This document shows positions 9,531-22,064 of a stretch of DNA of 64,000 bases, piece by piece. The notes beneath the pieces are model-generated. The model was not told where the DNA came from. It was given only the letters and a program-made list of their open reading frames with translations, and searched no databases. The translations under genes were made by a program, and so were the position numbers. The first letter of the stretch is position 1. Each line of letters starts with the position of its first letter. Location: assembly GCA_903813345.2 (NCBI GenBank), contig CAIIXF020000001.1, positions 43,400,001 through 43,464,000 of the forward strand, written 5' to 3'. This DNA is from Owenia fusiformis. Taxonomy: Eukaryota.

Positions 9531-12500
9531 GCTGCAACTCTTCAACAAACACATACATCTCGGTGGTATGTACACTTTCAGAAATTTAACATTTGATTTA
9601 GAAACCTCATTTTTAAAATGATTGTAACCATGTGCCTAGCTTCTACAAATAAGCATATATGTAAAAGATGCAGATGTTAAAGATGCAGTGATGTAAAATA
9701 TGATTTATTCATTATGAAACTAATATTATCAAATAAATGTATTTATTGTACCATTTGCACTGTTGATCTGTCGTTCAGCAAGACTTCATATTTTATACAA
9801 AATGGTGAGCATGCACCTCAAAATTAGAGATTTTAGTCATGCTCTGGATAGTGCCCATTCCCACAGTTGGTTGCACATTTTATTCCAGCCAATCTTAAAT
9901 CATCTATGAATCTTGATCTAAAAGCTGACAAGGAAGGTAAAGGAGGTACTCTCCCATCACCACCTGAGAATAAAGTAATCCATAATGAGGAAATGTTGAG
10001 TGCATTGAAGAAGAGCATAAAGACAATCAGGGATGGACCACCATGCTTAACATCTATATGCTTATATTCATTTCTGAATGCATACCAGGGGTAAGGGTTT
10101 ATAGTATTTCATTTTGATATCTTCTACTGATATTTGCACTTAAAAATCAGTTTTGTCAAGGTCAGGTATCTGTTTTCAGGTTTCGTTAAACCTTTGTTTC
10201 AAATATTTTGCCACCAGTACAGTAATTCTTCTTTTCTAATCAGTAACTGTTATATCTCTCCTCTCTTTCCAGGATGTGTTCATCATGCATATCCAACAAC
10301 AATAAGTACCTGTGTGCTGGATTCGAGGATGCTGCTATCCGTATGTGGAGTCTCACTCCAGACCCCATACCCTCCCAGGCTGTCACTGACAATGTGGCTA
10401 CAGTACACCTGTCAGGGGACTACATTGAAGACATCATAGATAGAAATAGGTAGAATTGAAAAGATAATGATAGTGAAGAGGAAAACCATTTTAAGATAAT
10501 GAAGATAAACCTATTGCAGTCATATATCAGTGAAAGATGGGGTTTTGAAAGAATTCTTTATTTTAAATAGTTTGTCAACAAAAATTTTAACAGAAGACAT
10601 GTGCGTGAAAAAATATATTAGCAATTTTTGCATAAAATAAAATCATAGACAAAATGACTATTAAAGTAAATATTGTAAAAAATGAAATATATCGATCGAG
10701 TATATTTCTTGCGTGCTCTTGGAAATGGCATAGTTAATTCTCAAATGTACATGTCACCAAAAGTTAAGTGAGATGTTATTTTTGCTCAGCGCTATTCAAG
10801 CAAATAATGTTTCTTTTCTGTTACATTGATACGAGAGATTTCTCATAGTACCACCTATCCAGAAGACTGAAAAATGTTTATGAAGAAAAAAAACCATGGT
10901 AAATCTCTCAATTGATTTATTTCCTTTAAATAGACCTCCAGAGCTAGGTGAACAGAAAGTAATGAGAGGTCATGCAGGTACGGTGTATAAAGTCACCTTC
11001 ACACCCGACTCCAATTATATTCTCTCTGCTGGGGAGGATACTACAGGTAAATGTTAAAACAAACCTTTGCAAGAAGTTAAATCTATCATTCTGAAATACT
11101 TGATTTTCTTGTCTGCACATTGAAATTTTCAGATCTTTCTTGGAATGATAATTAAAAGTGATTTAAGACATTCTGGCTTAATTTTAAGGCAAACATTTGT
11201 GAATTTTTGGTATTCTTTTGTTATTCCAGTTCGACTGTGGGACTTAAGTACACATACTAACACAGTTGCTTATAAGGGGCACACTTTTCCAGTGTGGGAT
11301 GTTGATGCAAGGTAAAATACATGACTTACACAAACACTGATACACTAGTCTTAACTGAGTCAGAAAGTGATTTTATTGACCTTTTTAAAAGTATTAAATT
11401 CTCGAATTATTGTAATTTATTATTATCCCACTGAAGTTACGCTCGAGATATGAGAAGCTTTTCATCTGTCTGTTCGTTCATTTATTCTTTGTCCGTCTGT
11501 CTAACTGAAATACTGGTTGACAGATTTTGCTAAAATTTTAGAAGGTGATGCCTTATGGGGATATGACCTCTGCTGAAAAGGGAATTTTCAATATGACTTT
11601 CAAATTCAAAATGGCCACCAGTTTTCATGAAAAGTAGAATCTTTGAAAACTCAAATAAGTCAATGGATTTGGTTCAAATTTTATATACTAATGCTGCAGG
11701 GACATTTATTTATTACCGGTTTATCTGTTATGGCCTAGTCACATAGCCCGGCCGATGAGGTTACGATGAGCCAGCGATGCAATTTTCACCGAACTCGGCC
11801 GGACATCCGTGGCGTTTGTTGCTTAAAACCGCATCGGTGGTAGCTCGGTGAAATTTTAACTTCGGAGTTAAATTTCACCGGGCTCTCACCGAGCTCCCTC
11901 ATCATGTCATCGCAGCCCCATCGTAACCACATCGGAAAAAAACGTCGGCCGGTGCACGGCCGAGTATCAGCCGGTGTCCCGTGCATCTGAGACAACCAGA
12001 GGACGAGGTTTTTTAACGGACAGAGGCCGAGCTCCGACCGAGCTCCGGCCGATGTGGTACAGAGCATCGGCCGGTCACTGTTCAAAGCCCGTTAACAACC
12101 CGGCCGGCGATCGCACGGTGTCCTGTTACCTGCTCGGGTACCGGCCGTATTCCTTCCGATGTCCGGCTGACCTCCGGCCGGTAGTTGCTGCATCGGCAGA
12201 AAAAAACTACCATTTTGAGACAGACTCCGTACGGTCACCGGTCGGTGTTCGGTCGGTCGCCTGAAGATGTCCGGACGGAGCCCGTTCACGTCACCGAGCT
12301 CTGCTTCCGATGAGGAGAGCTCGGTGGCACCAAAAAAATCCACCGAGCTCTACCGATGCCGGACATCGGCCGGGCTATGTGACTAGGCCATTAGCTCCTC
12401 ATCTTTTAAGTGGATGTTCACAACCATCCGCATCATTATTGAATTGATCCTAATCAATTTTATCCTCCTCATCATTATACTATTGTCATATTCATCCTCA

Positions 12501-15500
12501 GCATATTGAGAATGACGTATGCACTTTTGCAGGTCTTTAATGGACGACATTATTACACCTGATAAGGTGCTTTGTATTACACCTAGTCCATTGGACGTTG
12601 AAGTTGTTAAAGCCTGAATCAAGCTCTGGAGGCTAAGTTTCGGAAAATATTTTCGAACATGGTGAATTTACTCTATTTGCCACCAATATTCAATACCTGG
12701 CTTACCAGGTTTGAATGAAAGTGCACACTTTTGTAGCGTTTGAGGGGATTCAAACATAGACCATTATTATAGTCACCGGTATCAAGACGTTTCACCCCCT
12801 GGACATTTCACCCCTAGACTGTTCACCCCTTAGACGTTTCATCCCCTGGACATTTCACCCCCTAGACGGTTCACCCCCTAGATGTTTCACCCCCTGGACT
12901 TTTCACCCCCTGGATGTTTCACCCCCTAGACATTTCACCCCTAGACTTTTTATCCCTTAGACGTTTCACCCCTAGACGTTTCACCCCCTAGACATTTCAC
13001 CCCCTAGACATCTCACCCCCTAGACATTTCACCCCCATATACAGTCTGTGTATTGTACAATGTGATGGGTTGGGTTATTAGTGAATTTTGATTGAATTTA
13101 CATGAGTACATGTATACTTATTTCTTTTCCAAGTAACATTGACTGGAAAAGGTCATAGTGTATAAAATCACTACAATATTGGTACAAATAAGTTTTAAAA
13201 AAAGTTTGCACTTTGCACTGATTAAAGATGCTAGTCTCTAATTGCCTAGATAATCCCTTCCCTTGTTATCAATTGCATTATTAAAAAGCAACAAACTGAT
13301 TCATTATTATTTTTTTAGATTTAGAAAATTAATCCAATTGTTTTTCTTCTTGTAGGTATATGAGGTAACATGTTTTTGATGTGTGCACAATTTATAATGA
13401 TATAAAAGCATTAGTTTTATGGGAAACAATCAGATATGGAATTAATTAGATGTGAAATTAACTAATTGTATAAGATTTTCAGTTGCAAATGGACCTCACT
13501 TCAAAACCCTGAAAACTGAATATGAAAAAACAAGTGAATAGATTAGATGCGAGTAGAAATAATCTTGATTTATGCCATTAAATATTCAAAATTCAGTGAT
13601 GTCATATTTGAAATCTAAATGTAAAAGTACATCTAGAAATTTGGATTGAAAATTGCTTATCAACTTTGAAAATTTAATTTTTTTGAAAATGTGACTTCTA
13701 GTTCGGGTTGATTCCCCATAGACACCATGTTACAAAATCACAAAAAGTGAAATATCTCTTCTTGTATTGGACAGATAACATTTTCTTTTACTGCATATAT
13801 TTTAATCTGCATAACTATTAGATGTATAAGTGTTATATGAAAATTGAACCACTTAAACAGATGTAATTTAAGCTAAAGGGAACTTTCTACTATACCCGAC
13901 ATGTTTTCTGACCCGAACGAGCCACCTGGTGGTGAAACTAGTAACTACCTAGTCGGGTTAATTCTAGTGACTTACAGTACTTGTTATTTGATTGCTATTT
14001 GGAACACTTGGTAATTAAATTCTGATTTTAATTAATTATGCCCACGCTAAACCCTATTACATAAAATCATATAACCTGAATTCACTTAAGTTACTGAGCA
14101 AAATGTGTCAATTGGAAATATGTACTATAATATATGCCATTTACACTAAGGGTATTCACTTCTAACAAACAGAAATACTTGAATGAAATATGTAGGAGTA
14201 AAAAATTGAGGCTAAAATGTCTAGGGGGTGAAACGTCTAAGGGATGAAATGTCTAGGGGATGAAATGTCTAAGGGGTGAAACCTCTAGGGGGTGAAGTGT
14301 CCAGGGGGTATAATGACTAAGGGATGAAATGTCTAGGGGTGAAACATCCAGAGGGAGAAATGTCCAGGGGCTGAAATGTCCAGGGGGTGAAACGTCTAAG
14401 GGGTGAACAGTCTTGGGGTGAAACGTCCAGGGGGTGAAATGTCTAGAAAGCTAGTCACCTTCGAATGAATGACACCATTCAAATTAATATGGCAATACGA
14501 TTACTGGACAAATACCAAACTTATTTTGTGTTCCTGCCTGATTCAAATCAACTTGTTGATTCAGATGGTAGCAATAATATCCTATTAAGGAAATTTTGCC
14601 ATATGTTGAAAAGCAAAACTGTCTGTGCATTCCATCGCATACCATCTGGCGTGTACTGTAACGAGGTAGAATACCTTATTATGAGGCAATTTACATGGAT
14701 GGCTTTAATAAGGCTAATAACTTGTTGCAAATGTGCCACACACTGAGAGTCATCATTTAAACCCAACTCTTAAACTCAATCAATCTTTCTTATTGACTCT
14801 TTGAAAAAAAGGAAATACAGGGTGGGCCAAAAAAAACAATACCCAACTTTAAATCAGAATGGAAATAGCTATGTTCAATATGATACATTGATTTATATAT
14901 CATTTTAAAGGTTATCCATTTTCGACAAATTTGGTATATAACACTATGTCATGAAATCAATATTAAAGTTTTATTATGCTTATTTGGGAGGCCATGTCGG
15001 TATTTAAGTTATCCAGATTTTAGGGAGAAAATAGTAAATCTGAGGAACAATGTTAATTTTTTATTTATAGAATATCATTTTGTTAGCTGAATATATGCTT
15101 GTATATTTGCATATTGTGTGACTAAACTTATTGTTTATGAATTTTAGTGTTGTTTATTATCAATAAGTACTCAAAGGGGTTAGACATTAAACATATTGTG
15201 AGGAGGATTTTATTTTCCAATAAGACATTGCCTCGTAACATAGATCTCAGGAGACATTGGCATTTTTTTGCAAACAAGGTGTCAATTTGATTGATCTCGA
15301 TGCTTGGCCACCCAACAGCCCCAATACTAATGTGTTTGATTACCATTTAAATAAATAAAGTGTAAAATATTATCAAACAACACTGAAATTCATAAACAAT
15401 AAATTTAGTCACACAATGATGCAAATATCAATAACCAAGCATGTATTCACCTAACAAAAGAATGATATGCTATAAATAAAAAATTAACATAATTCCGCAG

Positions 15501-18500
15501 ATTTACTATTTTTCCCCTTAAATCTGGAGACCTTAAATAGCAACCCGACCTCCCAAATAAGTATAATAAAACTTTACTATTGATTTCATGAAATGGTGTT
15601 ATATACCAAATTGTTGACAATGTACCATATTGAATGTAACTATTTTTATCCTGATTTGAAGTTGGGTATTGGTTTTTTTTGGCCCACCCTGTATATATCA
15701 TTTTGACGGATTGGCTCATTATCAGATCATTAATATTATAGAGTATAGTACATATAAATACCTTATTATCAGACAATTAAACTGATGTTTTTGAGAATCT
15801 GCCGGAAATTTAAAACCTTTCGCAATCTCGGGGTTTCACCCCAATATACCTCTTAATACCTATGTGCCACACCCAAGACCGCCTTTTTTCCATGTCAATT
15901 TCCTCTCAAGCTTGAAAGTTTCCATGTTTAATTCCTATCAGACATATAAAAGTACATTTCATTCCTATATAAAAGTACATTTCATTCCTCTCAACTTCAT
16001 AAATATGTCTATGTTAAATTACTCTGGTGTTTGCTAGGACTAAGTTTTCCCAAAATATTGGTAAAATTGGCTAAACTGACAACTGATTTAACAAACTCAA
16101 TTACCATTTTTGTAGAAAAACTGACTTTTGACCTAAAAAAGGGTGCTCTCTTCAACAATTTTTTCCATGTTTTCCCTGGGTTTCACAAGTTTCCATGGTT
16201 TATGCCCAAAGTCAAAATTGGCCATGCTGCACATACCTACCAAAATTAATTTGAGTGAACCCCTGGGATTGCAATAACAGTATACTGTAATCAAGTCGCT
16301 TATCAGTTTTGTCCTGGAAAGAACACTTATCATGGAGAAGTATTTTGAGTCATAACTTACACGTAATATAACTCATAATTTCTCACAAGATTTAAAAACT
16401 GTCAATTTTGAATGTAATCTTTGACACCACCATTGGTACTATTTATTTACCCATCAAACGAAGTTTATAGGGATATAGTAATGCTGTCCATTGGGTTGTT
16501 CTTGTGTCCGGGCGATAACTCAAGAACTGGTTGAGGATTTGGTTCAAATTTTATAGGCTTGTGCCTTATGAGTGTAGAACTTCTTGTTGAGAAGGAATTT
16601 TCAATATGGCTGCTCAATTCAAATTGACCATCATTATTCATAAAAATGTGATCTTTGATGTGATCTTTGTGAGTAGGGCTTTTATTTCAAATTCTGCAAT
16701 GTGTTTATTAGTTCATGGCATTGAATAAATGTAGATCTGATATTTTATGCTAATGTAAATATTACATTGCGCGCAGAGTCTAGTTATAAACTACCCTCTG
16801 CCTAGTATAGGCTATATTACAGTTTAGCAACCCCGTCTCGAAGATTGGTGCCTGTGACAGCTCAGTAATAAATAATTTCAAATCTACCATGCTGACCCTT
16901 TCTCAACCAATCAGCAAAGTGGAAGGAACGTGTGCGAAATACATGCTCATTAACTATGCGAGATGTCATAGGAAATGACCATATATATAGTCATCCGTAT
17001 TTCAATGACAAACTCTGATTGGCTCAGTGAGATCATAGATTTATTGTAACCTGAAAGAGTGAAGACGAAGCTCTCTTTTAAGAAGTGAATTTGAACTAAT
17101 GCAAAGGGTATGTAAATATAGTCTTGTTTTATTTTACCTAATTGCAGTCCTCAGGGCACTTTGTTTGTAAGTGGATCCCATGACAGAACTGCCAAACTGT
17201 GGAGCACAGACAGAATCTACCCCATTCGGACATATGCTGGACATTCCCTGGATGTAGATGTAAGAATAAACATTTATAGTGCAGCACCCTCTTTCATTGT
17301 ATAATAGTTTTAAGTTATATGTATTAATGTACATGGTCATACGATACAATGTGAGACTTTAGAAGATTATGCAGCCTTTACTATGCATGTTGACCAACCA
17401 AGTCCTTGTGTAAAATAAATTAAATTGTTATATTACAATTTACCACTGATATGTAATTCAGGATTGTAACAAATTAATTTTCTGTTGATATAGAGGTTAA
17501 ATCCCCAAAGTTGCTTATTTGTTTAAAAATGTGTTTCTATCTATTTTGAATGTCATCAGAATACCCCATACCATATGTGGAATATATATAATATAATATA
17601 TATATCAATAATTCTAATGATTAAAATTTCATGTTGAAAATATTGAATCGAATTGATTGCCTCCCTTTAATTAAAATTGAAAACTTACATAATGCCATCT
17701 CTCCAAATGACAAATTCCCTTATGAATTAATTGAACTCTTTCAGTGTGTGAAATTCCACCCTAACAATAACTATATAGCTACTGGGTCATGTGATAAATC
17801 TGTGAGGATGTGGAGCGTACAAGATGCTAAGGCTGTGCGGCTGTTCCAGGGCCACAGGGGGACTGTCTTCACTGTAGCCTTTTCACCCAATGGAAGATAT
17901 CTTGCATCAGCAGGTAGCTAACTACAAGGGATCATTTTTAGAAGGTTTAATGCCTCGTGTGAATTGTGTAGACATGAATTGTCTAGGGGTATGATATCCA
18001 GGGGTGAGATGTCTGGGAGTAAAAAAATCTATGAATGATCTATCATCTAGTGATGACATACCTTGGTGTAAATATATTTACATTTAGAAATCAAACCATT
18101 GTAAAAATCTCCAAGGGTGCTAAGCCATTGAAATAAAATATTAACTTCAACACCCAATCGGTTAAGCAATATTGTTTTAATGAAAGCAGTATTGTTTTAG
18201 ACTGAAGGAGAAATGTTCAGGATATTTCATTAATGAGCATCAATTTTGATTTTAAACAATGATTTAAATGAGAAATAGGAGATTGCCTCTCCACAATATC
18301 TATTAGTGTGATGTATGTGGGAATAATGCTGATTTCTTCCAGGCGAAGATAGGAGAGTTAAAGTTTGGGACCTGGGAAGTGGCAAGCTGATGAAAGATTT
18401 AAGAGGACATTCTGATACAGTCTATGCCTTGTGTTTCAACAATGAGAGCACTTTGCTGTCATCAGGTATCTCTAATTTCAAAATTCCTTGTTTTTCCTTA

Positions 18501-19094
18501 AAAACGTAATGTGTAGATTTTCTTCAAAATTCTCTACATTAGGAGTTAACATGTGGGGTGGATACCTTTCAATGTTGAGACAATAAATGACAGAAGTCAA
18601 CCTTGGCTTTTTCATGCATTTATTGCCACAGGTTTCATGATTGTTGATTTGATCTGCTATTGCTTACAGGGGGACATGATGGAGTCCTCAGAGTATGGGA
18701 TGTACAGAAAACAGTAGAGCACTCAGGAAACCAGTAAGTTTAAATTTATAATACTTTATATCGAATAATAAGATTTTGCCTCCTTTAATTTTTTTTAAAC
18801 ATTTTGCAAGAAATGGTGTGATTTGGAACATGTCATTAGCCTTTCTGTAGTAACCATAGTAAGATGAATGGCCCATTTTTGCGCTAATAAGAAGATAAAT
18901 GAATTCAATGCATTTTGTGTCTCACACAAAATATTTTTAAAAAGAAATAATGTACAATGTGAATGTATTGTTTTTCCAGAAGTGAAGGTCACAGTCCAGA
19001 GTTGCTGGCTTCTTATCCTGTAAAATCGACTACCATAAACTATGTGCAATACTTGCCTAACAGTCTCCTCTTGGCAGTTGGTAATCTATCATGA
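9447..19094 (+). CDS. TAF5L: TAF5-like RNA polymerase II p300/CBP-associated factor subunit (SAGA component), 3' exons; 5' exons lie upstream of the window
   Basis: Phase-consistent GT-AG exons 9447-9565 (ENKYCLQV...LLRYIKNGDNMLLLQLFNKHIHL, end of NTD2), 9889-10090 (SIKTIRDGPPCLTSICLYSF), 10273-10449, 10934-11046 (MRGHAGTVY), 11230-11311 (YKGHTFPVWD), 17148-17259 (SGSHDRTAKLWSTDRIYPIRTYAGH), 17745-17913 (CVKFHPNNNYIATGS), 18343-18465, 18670-18733 and 18980-19094 (TGA). The WD40 repeats and the GPP-L-ICxY motif match TAF5L. Confidence 0.9.
11731..12390. mobile_element. PIF/Harbinger-type MITE, GC/CpG-rich
   Basis: Perfect 27-bp TIRs TGGCCTAGTCACATAGCCCGGCCGATG and CATCGGCCGGGCTATGTGACTAGGCCA. 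TTA target duplication at 11728-11730 and 12391-12393. Confidence 0.9.
12778..14451. mobile_element. Foldback-like non-autonomous DNA transposon whose arms are tandem ~17-bp subrepeats
   Basis: The left arm (12785-13037) is tandem (T)AGACGTTTCACCCC(C)T and the right arm (~14213-14447) is its reverse complement. An 8-bp direct repeat TAGTCACC flanks both ends (12770-12777 and 14452-14459). Confidence 0.85.
13545..13960. mobile_element. ~410-bp dispersed repeat/MITE, copy 1 (nested in the foldback-like element)
   Basis: Aligns by eye with 23469-23872 (GAGTAGAAATAATCTTGATTTA...GTAAAAGTACATCTAGAAAT...GCCACC..GTGGTGAA). Short imperfect TIR AGATGCGAGTAG. Confidence 0.75.
14818..15691. mobile_element. 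Tc1/mariner-type MITE with long (~330 bp) inverted arms
   Basis: TA|CAGGGTGGGCCAAAAAAAAAC..TACCCAACTT and AAGTTGGGTA..GTTTTTTTTGGCCCACCCTG|TA. Inner arms remain reverse-complementary to about 15160 and 15370. Confidence 0.9.
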
Positions 19095-19445
19095 CATATG
19101 CAACAGTCTCTTCCTGGTAAAGAGTAATCTAGAATGACACATTCAACAGTGTCTTCCTAGTGTGAATAGCCTAGAATGACACATACAACAATGTCTTTCT
19201 TGAAGTGGATGATCGAGAATGACACATACAACAGTCTCTTCCTGGAAGTGGATAGTCTCAAATGACTTATGCAACAGTATTTTCATGGAACATTCCCGGA
19301 TGTTGATAGTCAAGAATTACACACACAACAGTTTATATCTGAGAGGGACAATCTCAAATGACATAAACAAAAGTCTCTTCCTGTGCATAATGCAGAAGTA
19401 TTCATAAAACAGTTCTTGGGAGTGCATAATCTAGAATGGCACATT
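19048..19445 (+). repeat. Degenerate ~43-bp tandem repeat spanning the TAF5L stop codon and 3' UTR
   Basis: Units ATGACACATACAACAGTCTCTTCCTGGAAGTGGATAGTCTAGA start at 19091, 19134, 19176, 19219 and 19262, then decay. Confidence 0.8.
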
Positions 19446-20136
19446 CCACTCCATTAGGACGAGTGGTATGAGTGGATAGTGTAGAATTTTTCATACATTT
19501 ATGGGTTCATAGTTTATGTAATTTAAAGTATGAGAGGAAGATTCAGATTCTCAGTTGAAAAAGTGGGTTAGAACAGCTGGACATTTTCTCTTCTGTGACA
19601 CTTTTTCCGAATTAATCTATAAAAGTAGAAATTGCTGGAAATTGATGATTTCTATCATAAATATGCCAAAATATTTATATGTACAAACATCACTAAAATG
19701 AAATTTAAACAGAGTGCTCCAAAATTACTGAGACTGTTGGGATCTAGATAATGCCATATTTAGAACTCAAAATTGATTGATGACCTGATGTGTTTACATC
19801 TCAGGAATTGCCAAATGTACCCCTGAATACAGTTACTATGGCAACTATATCTTAAGGACATGGGCAATTATTTTTCAAGAGACTTATCGCAAGTAAAGTG
19901 AATTTCAATTTAATGAATAAGTCTCTAAATTACAGCCCAATCTCATTGATTATGAGACTTACAGTACATTATGTATTTGTTGAAACTATTGATACTGTTT
20001 TGCAGTATATTGAGTCAATAAAGACCAATAGATTATTTAACATTGTTCAATACACAGGTATTACTATTACCTGCAACCTATACATTATTTTGATACATAC
20101 ATGTATTCATAATAGTTTTTTGTAATGAATGTGGAA

Positions 20137-20162
20137 AATAAAAAATTCAAATCTAAAATAAA
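20137..20162 (+). terminator. Candidate TAF5L polyadenylation signals
   Basis: Two AATAAA hexamers about 1.05 kb after the stop codon, followed by T-rich sequence. Confidence 0.4.
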
Positions 20163-20327
20163 TTGTACAGTTTATTGCTTTTCATGTATAAGGAACTTAT
20201 ATTAGTAATGAAGTGTGAATATCAATAGATTGTTTCAAAAACATCATATACTCTCATATCATATAGTGGATAGTGTATATATTTTTTATTTTAAAACATG
20301 ACAAATATTTATGATTCTTCTCATATT

Positions 20328-20490
20328 CAAGTGGGTACAAATGGATGCAAATTGGTTTTAAAATGGGTGCAAATTGGTTTTGAAGTGGGTACAAATGGGT
20401 GCAAAACTAAATTGGTTTTGAATTTGAAGTGGGTACAAATAGGTGCAAAACTGCAAATTGGTTTTGAAGTGGGTGCAAATGAGTTTTCAG
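20328..20490. repeat. Short tandem repeat of GTGGGT(A/G)CAAATTGGTTTTGAA
   Basis: Multiple GGGTGCAAA/ATTGGTTTT units. A related patch lies at ~57684-57752. Confidence 0.7.
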
Positions 20491-21899
20491 GAAAGTGTAA
20501 ACCTCTTTAAAATTTCAAGTGGGTCTGTTACCTCAGGTTTTGGCTAAATATTCTGGGATGAATTAGCAGGATTCTCTTTGAGAAGTGGAAAATCATCAGA
20601 TGTTCAACCTTTAAAAAAATATTAGCCCTTTATCTGATCTTTAATCTACTGTCATGACTGTAGAACTCGAAATAACAAAGATTGATCTTCTTATTTTGAC
20701 CTGACAGTGACCTTCATAGTTCTTTTAGGGACATTAAAATTGCGAAATGTGACCTTGAATAGTACTATTCTGTGACCTTTAAACCTTCAAACATACCTGT
20801 ACTGAACAGAGTAATCTGATCTGATCTGAATTGAACCACAGACTTCTATTCAGTCCATTTTCATTTCTCAAATATATTTCCCACCATTTTTTTTTAAAAA
20901 GCTAACATTTTTTAACCATCTAATATTCCACCATACATTTCAAAAAAGATTATCTTTTTAACAACAATGCAAAAATTTAACAAAGGACACACTATTTCAA
21001 TAATAAAATGCCATGTCTGATGTGCCACTTCAATGTTATAGCATATCAAAAAATATTTTGCAACCTTGGTGATGTCATCATGACTCAGGCAAAAAGATTT
21101 TCAATTTTTTTCTATGTCAATCTTTTCTTATATGCTAAACTTCAAAAATAAACCAATGTTGATTGTCTAACCAGGTTAAAAGGAACAATATATTGTTTTA
21201 GATATTATTGTACCATTGGTTTCTTTGAGAACTAAAATTTTGAAATGTATTTTTCTCTGAACCATTTTCATTCATTGATGAGTTCATTTCTTGCTTATTT
21301 ATGAACCGATTTTCTTAATTTTTCGGTACAAAGGATGAATTTTATGCATTGGTATGAATTATCGCTTATTAAAAGATAGATATGTGTGACCTCTGAAAGT
21401 TAGTTTTACATAAATTCACGATTTTCAAACAAAAAGACCTTCAAAACCACTTTTTGAAATTAAAAAAAAAGTTTGATAACATTGGGTAAGCTTACAATAT
21501 AAGCCAAAGTGGTTTAAACTTTATATGGGGGCTTAAACTGATCCAGCTGGTTTGGAATTAAATTCATATTTGAGGATGAGGCATTTTTATGATCTTTATG
21601 TATAGCTTGGGTATAAACATTTGCAGAATAGGAAAGAAAGCATCTAGGTTACCTATGTCAAAGGCTGCTGACTGATTCTCACAGACATGAATAATCAGTT
21701 CAGCCTTTGAAATAGGTAACATTTAGGGGTTAAAATTATCATTGAAAGCCCATGAAATTATGAAGAAACTTTTTTAGCAATTTTGAGAGCTTGCTTATGA
21801 GAAAAATCTGCATTGATCATTTCTATGGTGAAACACTTGAATTCTAATGTTAAAGTAACATCTATGAAGTTCGTAATTGAATAAATCCATGTTAATTCA

Positions 21900-21960
21900 A
21901 ATCTCCCGCCAACATTCATAGATTGACCTCGTATTTTGATTGGCTAATCGGAAATAGCTA
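21900..21960 (+). promoter_or_regulatory. Putative TMEM47 proximal promoter elements
   Basis: CTCCCGCC (GC-box-like), inverted CCAAT (TGATTGGCT) and CGGAAAT (ETS-like) lie 110-160 nt upstream of the ATG. Confidence 0.35.
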
Positions 21961-22064
21961 AGAATGACCTAGATTTGTAAAAACGGAAATATTTTATTAC
22001 TTTCTAGCTTTTGCCCTAATTTATAGCTTCAAACGATCCGTGTCATTGGGATCAAGTTCCTAGG

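Noticed and set aside
11786..12343. Three overlapping ORFs in the GC-rich block as a transposase or horizontally acquired gene
   Set aside because: They lie within a 660-bp TIR/TSD-bounded MITE. High GC explains the open frames and there are no protein motifs.
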